Shown in pieces: positions 7,263-15,600 of a stretch of 25,178 nt of DNA. The translations under genes and the position numbers were made by a program. Origin of the DNA: Bdellovibrionota bacterium (GTDB lineage Bacteria; Bdellovibrionota_C; UBA2361; OMII01); the NCBI GenBank assembly GCA_044356215.1, contig JBIKWQ010000052.1, positions 1 through 25,178 on the forward strand, given 5' to 3'. Below the pieces are notes generated by a model. That model was not told where the DNA came from. It did not search any database and saw only the letters and a program-made list of their open reading frames with translations. The first letter of the stretch is position 1. Each line of letters opens with the position of its first letter.

Positions 7263-9401
7263 TCACATCAAGAGTTGGTTCAATGATTGGTCTACCAATT
7301 CCTCTCTCATAAGCCATTTTTCGAGAATACTCTCTCCCTCATCAACTAATTCATATAGCTCATGGGCTATCTCTAAAGCGACCTTAACTAACTGCCTCTT
7401 CTCTGCCTTATCTCCTGCTGATTTAAGTTCGTCCATACAGCTCATGGACTCAAGCTCCAGCAAACCGGACCACGACATGTCTAGGTAGAGCTCACAGTTA
7501 CGTTTAAGATCTAAGTGATTAACCGGTCCTGCATCGCTGATAGTATCATTCCCTGTCGAGCGCTCGGCATCTCTCCGAATCCTCTCCAGAGAGACCATAG
7601 CCGCCATCTTCCACATTTTCGTGGACTCCCTCCTAATACGATGACCATGTAGGGCTCTTGCCGCCGAAACAAGGTTGCTCTCCGCTAACATTAAAGTTTC
7701 TGCTTGTAGACCTGAATCTTTGCGCGCCGCCTCAAACTGCACGAGTCCCAACAAACCATTAACGAAGGCTGCATCCACCTCATTGCCAATCGACTGGAAG
7801 ATATTCCTGGCCTCGCTTAGCTTAATTTGGGAATTCTGATACCTCTTGGCCAAGAAAAGCATATGGCCTTCGATTTGAGCGAGCTTTCCTCTGAGATACT
7901 CACCTGAGTTACTCGGCAGAATGCCAAGCACTTGGCGCGCTTGTTTGAGAATATTGGAATGCCTGTTCCTTTTAGATTCGCCCCCCAAAGATTCAGCTAA
8001 AACCGCGAGCTGTGTCTGCAGACTAATAACCTTAACCTCGAGAGCTTTGGCTTCATCTCCTCTTTTACGATAAAGGCGCTCTAACTTGGAGTAAGTCGCG
8101 ACAGCTCTCTTATGATCTCCGCGACTGGCATAACTATCAGCCTGGGTTTGTAATGTCCCAGCCTCAAATGTCCACGACTCGATTCTCTTAAAGTGTCCAT
8201 GCGCCCAATTTCTAAGAGCATCACTCTCATCATGCATTCCAAGCTGTTCGCAATATAGGCTAATAGGCAGGGCGTAAGCTAATCCTCCAGGAAGCGCACG
8301 TGAAATGTCGGCCAATCTTTTGACTGCTGCTCTGCTTAAATCTCGTTCTCCTTGAGATATCATTAAATGCAGGCGCGAAATGTGACAGCTAAGACCGCCT
8401 AATGGAAAGCCCATTGAATCGCTCACCTTTTCAGCAGCTATCAAAAGTTGATTTGTATTGTAGCTATCACCCTTGGGAATTGAGTTTTCTATGAGCGTAA
8501 GGAGCCCTTGGAAAACGGTCGCATTGTCTCCCAAATTTTCAGCCAAGCGAACTGCGTGTTCTATGTATTGAATCCCACGGTCGTGATCATTTCCACTACT
8601 CACTTTAAGGAGCGTTTGCGCTAAACGGAGGATCAAATGAGACCGAGCCAGACGACCAACAGCAACTGTTCCATCGACAAGATAGTCGAGTCCATTAATT
8701 AGATCACGAGCGCTTGCAGGAATCGCTAGAAAAGTAGCTTCAACTCCTCGAAAAGCCGCCTCGCTTCTCAAAGCTGCCGTGGGCGCGATATCGTTCGCAT
8801 GCTTGAACAAAGCGCGAGATATCGCGCATCCCTTCGCAACCTTAACGGCCATGATCGATCCTAGCCGCAGGTATGCCTCAGCGGCTCTATGGAGATCCCC
8901 GCTACTCTCCAAACGACTACAAAGCGCTGACAATAGGTCGACCGAGTCATCCATCAAAGATCTCGGAAGTACGCCAAAAACAGCGCCAACCGAACATAGC
9001 TGTGCTGTAACTAGTACTTCATCAAAATCAGTAGGAGCTTTAGATATCTGTTGGCGCACTTCGCGTTGCGAGAGGGTACGTTGGCCACTCATAAAACCAG
9101 CGAGGCTCGCTATAGCTGAAGTGGCCTCGGCTGAATCCATGCTCCGTACAAGGGAGTAGTATCCACCGTCCAGAAGAACTCGCTTCTGGCTTAGTGGAAG
9201 ATCAAATCGACCTCGCGGGTTTTTCTCGAGCATCGCTCTTATAGCTATCGAAGCTAAGTGCAACTCACCGTTGGCGATATGCTGCTGGATGGTCTGTTCA
9301 GGGGTCCTCAACTCTTGAGGAATGATAGTCAAACTATCATTATTAGCTGCGGAAGATGCATTTAATATAGTCGATTTTGCGGCGTTATTATCGAGTGACA
9401 T
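7263..9401 (-). CDS. Alpha-helical repeat (TPR-like) hypothetical protein
   Basis: Long ORF with patterns such as GDLHRAAEAYLRLG, AVRLAENLGD and SRGDHKRAVATY. Start moved from 9467 to ATG 9401 (MSLDNN), which follows GGAGAAG. Confidence 0.65.
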   Translation of the reverse strand: MSLDNNAAKSTILNASSAANNDSLTIIPQELRTPEQTIQQHIANGELHLASIAIRAMLEKNPRGRFDLPLSQKRVLLDGGYYSLVRSMDSAEATSAIASLAGFMSGQRTLSQREVRQQISKAPTDFDEVLVTAQLCSVGAVFGVLPRSLMDDSVDLLSALCSRLESSGDLHRAAEAYLRLGSIMAVKVAKGCAISRALFKHANDIAPTAALRSEAAFRGVEATFLAIPASARDLINGLDYLVDGTVAVGRLARSHLILRLAQTLLKVSSGNDHDRGIQYIEHAVRLAENLGDNATVFQGLLTLIENSIPKGDSYNTNQLLIAAEKVSDSMGFPLGGLSCHISRLHLMISQGERDLSRAAVKRLADISRALPGGLAYALPISLYCEQLGMHDESDALRNWAHGHFKRIESWTFEAGTLQTQADSYASRGDHKRAVATYSKLERLYRKRGDEAKALEVKVISLQTQLAVLAESLGGESKRNRHSNILKQARQVLGILPSNSGEYLRGKLAQIEGHMLFLAKRYQNSQIKLSEARNIFQSIGNEVDAAFVNGLLGLVQFEAARKDSGLQAETLMLAESNLVSAARALHGHRIRRESTKMWKMAAMVSLERIRRDAERSTGNDTISDAGPVNHLDLKRNCELYLDMSWSGLLELESMSCMDELKSAGDKAEKRQLVKVALEIAHELYELVDEGESILEKWLMREELVDQSLNQLLM

Positions 9402-9628
9402 ATAATCTTCTCCATGTCCCTTGCTTCGATGTTTTGCGAGAGCATCGAATCCTACCCTTGAGCGCATTGTAAATCACGCCTACTAGTTTCCAGCCTGCAC
9501 CACTATAATTTACGTCCACCTCACATTCGTAAGAGTTATGAACAAAAACTTCAGGTATGTCGCAAAAATAGTTAGGCACGGTAGCCCACTGCTCCTATCG
9601 CCATCCTATCGCCCCTTTATCCATCCCC

Positions 9629-9814
9629 CTCTCAGAGACCGCGCGAAAACTACCTCAGCTTAACCCAAGTAAAATCAGGTGATTACCCAATCTACTCGCC
9701 CCGCTCTCTTCGCTCTAGCAACACCATCAAGGCCCAAAACTACGCAACGCCGAAGCTAGCCATGAAGGGATCCCCTTTAACGAGTAAAACCATAGTGACC
9801 AAATAAGAATGTAG
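9629..9814 (-). pseudogene. Diverged duplicate of the 3' end and downstream flank of the EamA gene, with a 94-bp internal deletion
   Basis: Aligns with 10884-11163. Bases equivalent to 10990-11083 are missing, with the junction at a shared GGCC. Confidence 0.9.
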
Positions 9815-9896
9815 GTAACTACTCAGCATATTTTGCGGCAATAACGTAGGCCCCTACTAAGGGGCAGCTTTGCGGAGCAACGCGGGGTGGAAATAA
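9815..9896 (+). repeat. Dispersed 82-bp repeat, copy 1
   Basis: Ungapped match to 19371-19452, 70/82 identical by manual count, with an internal hairpin GCCCCT-N4-AGGGGC. Confidence 0.85.
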
Positions 9897-9956
9897 TAAC
9901 TACTCACCAGAAAAAAGCACCCCTGACTAGGGACCGCCTTTTCTGGCGACTAGTTA
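9897..9956. repeat. 60-bp foldback element inserted into the dispersed repeat
   Basis: TAACTACTCACCAGAAAA...TTTTCTGGCGACTAGTTA (16/18 inverted repeat). Absent from the copy at 19371, where the flanks read GGAAATAATCCTAAAA. Confidence 0.7.
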
Positions 9957-10009
9957 CTAAAATTTAAAAATACCTTGCGGCTGTACCGATATACCAGCAC
10001 ACTAGACAA

Positions 10010-10114
10010 ATGAAGTCTTCTGAGGTCCTGGTCTATAAGGGACAAGCTTTTTCGATCGAGTGGTATTTTGAGTTACGGAATAAAAAGGGTACCTATTATG
10101 AAAAAGCGCGCTAA
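10010..10114 (+). pseudogene. RelE/HigB (Gp49-like) toxin gene with most of its interior deleted in frame
   Basis: MKSSEVLVYKGQAFSIEWYFELRNKKGTYYEKAR*. The family-type N-terminus (YxGxxFxIEWYF) is joined directly to the family-type C-terminus (KxGTYYE), and the ORF overlaps the antitoxin start. Confidence 0.75.
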
Positions 10115-10412
10115 CACTAAATCTACCTATGAAAAGGAGATGGAGAATCCAAAGTTTCGAAAGCTTTTTGAGAAAGAGTATAGCGAACTTGTGCTCTCTG
10201 AACTCATTCTCGCTATGATGGCGGAAGATAACGTTTCCGTCAGAAAACTAGCGAAGCAAATTGGGGTAGCACCTTCTGTCGTTCAAAGCGTTCGTTCTGG
10301 GAAACACAAGAATATGACTCTTAAGACCTTTATAAAGATGATAGCAGCACTTGGAGGAGAAATCGCAGTAAAGAGGGGTGGAACCTATGTGCCGCTTAAG
10401 ATAGCAGCCTAG
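10098..10412 (+). CDS. XRE-family HTH antitoxin (HigA-like)
   Basis: 104 aa from ATG 10098: ENPKFRKLFEKEY, HTH SVRKLAKQIGVAPSVVQSVRSG, NMTLKTFIKMIAALG, C-terminal KIAA. Lies downstream of the toxin remnant. Confidence 0.88.
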   Translation: MKKRANTKSTYEKEMENPKFRKLFEKEYSELVLSELILAMMAEDNVSVRKLAKQIGVAPSVVQSVRSGKHKNMTLKTFIKMIAALGGEIAVKRGGTYVPLKIAA

Positions 10413-10646
10413 GGAGACGAGGTAGAACCGCAAAGATGATACGTTGACAACTCATAAAACCTGCGGGGTTTACGATCGCTGAATATGGACTCAGCCGACT
10501 ACACGCTTTGCACGAGTGAGAAGTATTCCCCGTCTAATAGCTCACTATTACCCACAAATAGTAGTTGAGAGGGGAGATGTGTTGGTAGTAATCTTGGATT
10601 TAGCTCAGTCCTGCTGGGCATGACTCCACATCTTTTATTCCCTCCC

Positions 10647-10859
10647 CCTCTTTTCTCTCGCCGCTCTCTTTGTACAAAAAGGATCCGCCGAGGTTTAAAC
10701 AAGAGGCCAGCGAGAACGGACAGAGGGGGGATACTAACGGTGCTGCTTATACCTTCCCTCTCGCTGTCATCCCTGGTCTAGTTTTGAAAAAGCTGTTCAG
10801 GATTAACGAATTGCTGATTTTTTACAAAGAGTAAAAGAGCGCGGCGAGCCGGAAAAGGG
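10647..10859. repeat. ~210-bp foldback element (MITE-like or structured RNA)
   Basis: CTCGCCGCTCTCTTT (10657) pairs with AAAGAGCGCGGCGAG (10834) at 14/15. Internal hairpin CAGCGAGA..AGAGGGGGGGATA...TATACCTTCCCTCTCGCTG. Confidence 0.5.
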
Positions 10860-10946
10860 TTTTTACTTCCCCCCCCCCCCCCTCTCTCAGAGACCGCGCG
10901 AAAACTACCTCAGCTTAACCCAAGTAAAATCAGGCGATTACCTAAT

Positions 10947-11852
10947 CTACACGCCTCGCTCTCTTCGCTCTAGCAACACCATCAAGGCCGATGTCAGCAC
11001 CACCGTGAACGCGCCAAACACCTGAATATTTGTCAGTCTCTGGTCAAAGACGAGCCAGGCTATTGGAGCCGCAATCAGCGGCCCAAAACTACGCAGCGCC
11101 GAAGCTAACCACGAAGGGATCCCCTTTAATGAGTAAAACCATAGTGACGAACTAAGAACGTAGAATACAAGCACTGTAGCTAAGGCATAACACCATCCAG
11201 TAAGCCTCTCTGGAGTTAGTAATAGAAGATTATTTGTGGTGGCCAACATAAAGGGAAGCAGAGCTAGTCCTCCGATTAACTGCGAAAAACCACTCGCGTA
11301 AAGCGACCCCAACTTATCTGCGAATCTCCGGGCCGGATGATAAGTCGCGGCGTGTCCTGTCACCGCTATTAGTATCAGGAGATCTCCTAAGATATCCTGC
11401 GACAAAGCTATACGCCCACCTGTTGAAAGTAATACCGCGCCTCCGATATGAACACCGAGAAGTGTCAGGTGCTGCAGCGTAGTTTTGTGACCCAGCCAAA
11501 TTATCTGGATTAGAAGCACGATGTAAGGCTCGATCTTTGTGAGGAACATAGTCTTTGTACTGCTGGTTAGAGTTAAGCAATAACCAAACAGTAGCGAGAG
11601 CAGCGCGCAGCGGAAAATTGAGAAGAGCAGAAAACGAATATCAATCGCCTCTTTAAACGCGAGCTTAAGATCGCCTCCTCTTAAGTGAGCGATTCCCAGC
11701 AGAGCCACACCGCCAAGGATGAGGGAACAACAGACAACTGAAAGCGGGTCGAGTCTGGCTATCGCCTCCCCCTCAAGGATCCAGCCGATACTAGAGAGCG
11801 CTGAGGCTAGGAGTAGAGCTGCTATGCTTAGGGAGAAGGGGGTGGGGGTCAT
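10947..11852 (-). CDS. DMT/EamA family transporter
   Basis: 301 aa, ~10 hydrophobic segments in two repeats; motifs EPYIVLL, GDLLILIA, LWFYSLKGIP, PLIAAPIAWLVFDQRLT. Confidence 0.92.
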   Translation of the reverse strand: MTPTPFSLSIAALLLASALSSIGWILEGEAIARLDPLSVVCCSLILGGVALLGIAHLRGGDLKLAFKEAIDIRFLLFSIFRCALLSLLFGYCLTLTSSTKTMFLTKIEPYIVLLIQIIWLGHKTTLQHLTLLGVHIGGAVLLSTGGRIALSQDILGDLLILIAVTGHAATYHPARRFADKLGSLYASGFSQLIGGLALLPFMLATTNNLLLLTPERLTGWCYALATVLVFYVLSSSLWFYSLKGIPSWLASALRSFGPLIAAPIAWLVFDQRLTNIQVFGAFTVVLTSALMVLLERRERGV

Positions 11853-11938
11853 GGGGTGAGAGCAGTCTCATTTGACTCAGCTATTTTCTCTCGGACTGGC
11901 CTAAAGAAAAGATTGTCGCGAGTCATAGAAGTTGTACG

Positions 11939-12184
11939 CTAGCGATCGAAAAGTTTACTGATAACTTCAGCTTTATCTAGCGAGAAATGTCCCGCCAAAT
12001 CCGAAATAATCGAATTCAAAGTACCCACTCTGAGTTGATCATGCAACGGGACTGTTATGTGATGTTCCCCCGCCAAGCTTGTTGTAACTCTGACGTGACT
12101 TCCAGTTTGACGAGTAGTGAAATAGCCGAAGGCCTCCAGCCTCTTAATTAGGTCTTTTCCCGAAATATCTCTCGGTAATCTCAT
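11939..12184 (-). CDS. hicA: HicA family toxin
   Basis: GYFTTRQTGSHVRV...HHITVPLHDQLRVGTLNSII, with the conserved GSH. Confidence 0.93.
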   Translation of the reverse strand: MRLPRDISGKDLIKRLEAFGYFTTRQTGSHVRVTTSLAGEHHITVPLHDQLRVGTLNSIISDLAGHFSLDKAEVISKLFDR

Positions 12185-12387
12185 GCCGCTATTATTTCTT
12201 CTCTAGCGAAGTGCAGTCGGATCACTTTCGGTTTTTCATTCTCATCGAAGTGGCACTGCACCGCTTCTCGAACGTTTTGATAAAGCGACTTAAGATCATC
12301 TGCCTCGGTGAACACACTGTGCCCTAAGGCTCTGGCTGTGTACCCGCCTTCGGGAGCTTCTTCGACTGCGAAAATAATCTCATTCAT
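12181..12387 (-). CDS. hicB: Short HicB-like antitoxin (no C-terminal DNA-binding domain)
   Basis: MNEIIFAVEEAPEGGYTARALGHSVFTEADDLKSLYQNVREAVQCHF has a HicB N-domain pattern. ATGA overlap with hicA. Alternative start at 12396. Confidence 0.85.
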   Translation of the reverse strand: MNEIIFAVEEAPEGGYTARALGHSVFTEADDLKSLYQNVREAVQCHFDENEKPKVIRLHFAREEIIAA

Positions 12388-12604
12388 TCCCGACATTTTA
12401 TCATGACTACCGATTTCACGCTCTAAAATTTTCTCCTAGCTTGAGACCGCCACCAAAGCCCCGTGTGTGTCGAATAAAATCAAGTGCTTAATAAGCATTT
12501 GAAATACATTTCCAATTTATCTCATTACTTAAAGAATTTTCTCATTTATGCCGTTGATCGATCGTGAAGGCCGCCCCTTTTGGCTGCCTGACCTAACTGA
12601 TTAA

Positions 12605-15600
12605 ATGACGCATAATTTAGTAACATACAAACTCAGGCAGGCTCTTTTAGGAGCCATGTCCGTGCTTGTATCGCTGCTAGCTCTAACATCCCAGGTCTTA
12701 GCACAGAACTCTCTTATCGGAGTTGATCCATCTAGCGATGACAGAACTACTTATCTGGTATCTAAAAGAGGTACACAGATTCAGATCTCAAACCTCGGGC
12801 GCCGTGAGGATAGAAGCATCTCTGGATACGTAGTTGGCAAGTTCGATAAAGATTCCGATAACACACTTTTAAAAGTAGATCTGCTATCGCAAACGGTGAT
12901 TAGATTCTCTGCGCGACTCGCTTCGGGTTTAATGACTTCGAACTCTCTTAAGCTTGATGAACCTATTCGTTCACCTACTAAGATAATCACTGGATTCGAT
13001 ATTACAGGAGATGGATTAAGCGATATCGCGATCGTCGATTACTATCGAGGACGGATGCGTTGGCGCATCATCTCGAATCCAACTAAGAAAGATTCGCAGA
13101 TATCAAGACGCTTTTTTCTGGGATCCGCAGGTGACATCCCATTTTGGTCGAAAGATGCCGACGACTCCCCTCTTATGCTCGCGATTCGACAGAGTAAAGA
13201 GCTCCGAAGAGTTCGTATCTTGAGCTTTAAGCCAAGAAACGGTGACTTTGAGATAGCTCGTTACCGCCTGGCACACTCAGATGGCGCAATTCAACCGGCT
13301 CGCGTCACTGGCAGTTGGCCCGGAGTAGCGCTCGTCTCTAGATCCTCAAATAACGCTATAATTCCCGGAAAATCAAAACTTTCAAGGATACCCCTCCCGC
13401 GCAAGCGGTGTAACGGCAATTCAACTGTAATCGACGGCGCGACTACGGGGACAATCATTTCTCTGGAGGTATGCGCTGGCGGCTCTTATTTTCTTAACTC
13501 ATCAAGTCGCGAGATAAAAGGAATCAATGATCAGGTCATATCTCAGGGACAACTGCCAAACGAGATCACGGTCTTGTTAGCTGGCGAGGTAGCGTCGGCA
13601 ACCAGCAACGGATCCTCGATTCCGATCTTCGTTCCGAGACCCGGAGCATTAATCGATGAACCGACCGCTACATCGACCCCAACTACCTCACCAACGGATA
13701 CTCCAACTAATACACCTTCAAACACTCCAACAAATACGCCAACGATTACCCCCTCTGTTACCCCAACTCCGATCCCATCACCGATAATCTCTTCATCAGA
13801 TCCGGTATCTCCATCGAGCAGCAATTCAGCAAACCTGCTGGGCTCCGCTATCAGTGGATCCACTGTCCTAATTTACGCGACTAACAACTGTACTGGGGCA
13901 GTAGTCGCCTCAGGCTCAAGTGATCTCTTCTCGACCACCGGGATTACGATTGCAGTTAGTAGCGACACCTCCACTACTTTCTCTGCCAGAGCTCAACTAA
14001 GCGGAGTTTTATCTCCTTGCGGAAGCTCTACTATCACATACATAGAGGACTCGACCGCCCCTGCTGCTCCAAGTGTAAACTCAGCTTCTCCAGCGGGGCC
14101 CGCATCAAACACAACTCCTATGATAATCGGCTCCGCTGAAGCTGGATCTACCGTTACGCTGTTTAGCTCAGCTAACTGCTCAGGCTCGCCGCTTGGATCT
14201 GGCAGCGCTTCTGCTTTCTCCTCAACTGGTATCGAGGCTTTCGTTCAATCTGGTGTGAGTACGACGATCTGGGCGCGGGCCTCAGATCAAGCGGGCAATC
14301 AGAGCTCCTGCTCTAGTACGAGCGTCACCTATCAACACCTCGCCGCCCAGATGATTAAAGATATAAAGACGACCGGTGGCGATGGCTCTAGCCCTAGAAA
14401 CTTCCTTTCGCTAGGAAGTCATCTGTATTTTAACGCGTCTGATGGACCACTCGGAAACGAACTCTGGCGCACAGACGGCAGTGCGTCAGGCACGTTTCTA
14501 TTAGCTGATATTAATCCGTCTGGTAGCTCAAACCCATCTAACCTGACCTTAGCTGATTCATTCTTTTACTTCACTGCCAGTGATGGAACAAACGGTACTG
14601 AGTTGTGGATTAGTGACGGAACAGTCCCAGGGACGATGATGCTTAAAGATATCGCGGATGGAGGGGCTAGCTCTAGTCCAGCATCTCTTACTCTAGTGGG
14701 CTCAACACTTTACTTCCTAGCTGATGACGCGATTAATGGCCGAGAGCTCTGGAAGAGTGATGGGACCAGCTCCGGTACTGTGATGGTCAAGGATATACTA
14801 GTAGGTGCTGGCACACCGGCCACACTCACTATAGCCAGAGTGGTGGGCTCAAAGCTCTTCTTTATAGCTGATGATGGTACCAACGGAGCGGAGCTGTGGG
14901 TATCAGATGGAACAGAGAGCGGCACCTACCTCGTTAAAGATATCAATACTACTGCAAATACAGGTGCCACACTCTCTACCTCGGTGATGGTCGCACTCGG
15001 ATCTCTATTAATTTTTCGCGCCACGGATAGCACTACAGGGGCTGAGTTGTGGGTATCTGATGGAACCTCATCAGGGACCTTCGCGCTAGCGGACATCAAT
15101 GCTGGGGCTAATAGCTCGACTCCAGCAAGCCTTACTGTAATGGGGAGCTATGTCTACTTCAGCGCCACCGATGGCGGCGCTAACTACGGCACTGAGCTTT
15201 TTCGCACAGATGGAACAATCGCTGGCACCGCATTAGCCGCGAATATACGTGGTGGAACATCTAGCTCTAGTCCATCAAATTTTGTTGTAAACAATGACGT
15301 TCTCTATCTAAGAGCCACTGATTCATCCGGCGCGGAGCTGTGGAAATTTGATGGCTCCACAGCAACTCTAATTAAAGATATAAACCCTGGATCTGGCAGC
15401 TCGACCCCTTCCTCTCTCATTACGATCGGCTCTAAAGTCTTTTTTTCCGCGACCGATGGACTATCGGGGACCGAGATTTATGTCACAGACGGAACTACCG
15501 ACGGAACACAAATGTTAAAAGACATAAATGTTGGAAGTAGTGGCGCAACGATCGCTAATTTGAGGGCTCTTGGTAGTATCACGGTATTCACTGCGACTGA

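Noticed and set aside
9629..9814. Possible diversity-generating retroelement template repeat for the EamA 3' end
   Set aside because: Mismatches are not adenine-specific, are often synonymous, include a 94-bp deletion, and no reverse transcriptase is present.
10068..10097. TTG start for the antitoxin given by the ORF track
   Set aside because: Lies within the toxin remnant; ATG 10098 fits the usual toxin-antitoxin overlap.
10499..10702. 67-aa minus-strand ORF
   Set aside because: No recognisable motif, a poorly spaced RBS for the internal ATG, and a 5' part overlapping the foldback element. Cannot be supported, though a small peptide is not excluded.
10869..10882. C14 tract as a phase-variation switch
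   Set aside because: It is intergenic, lies downstream of eamA, and is not in an identifiable promoter or CDS.
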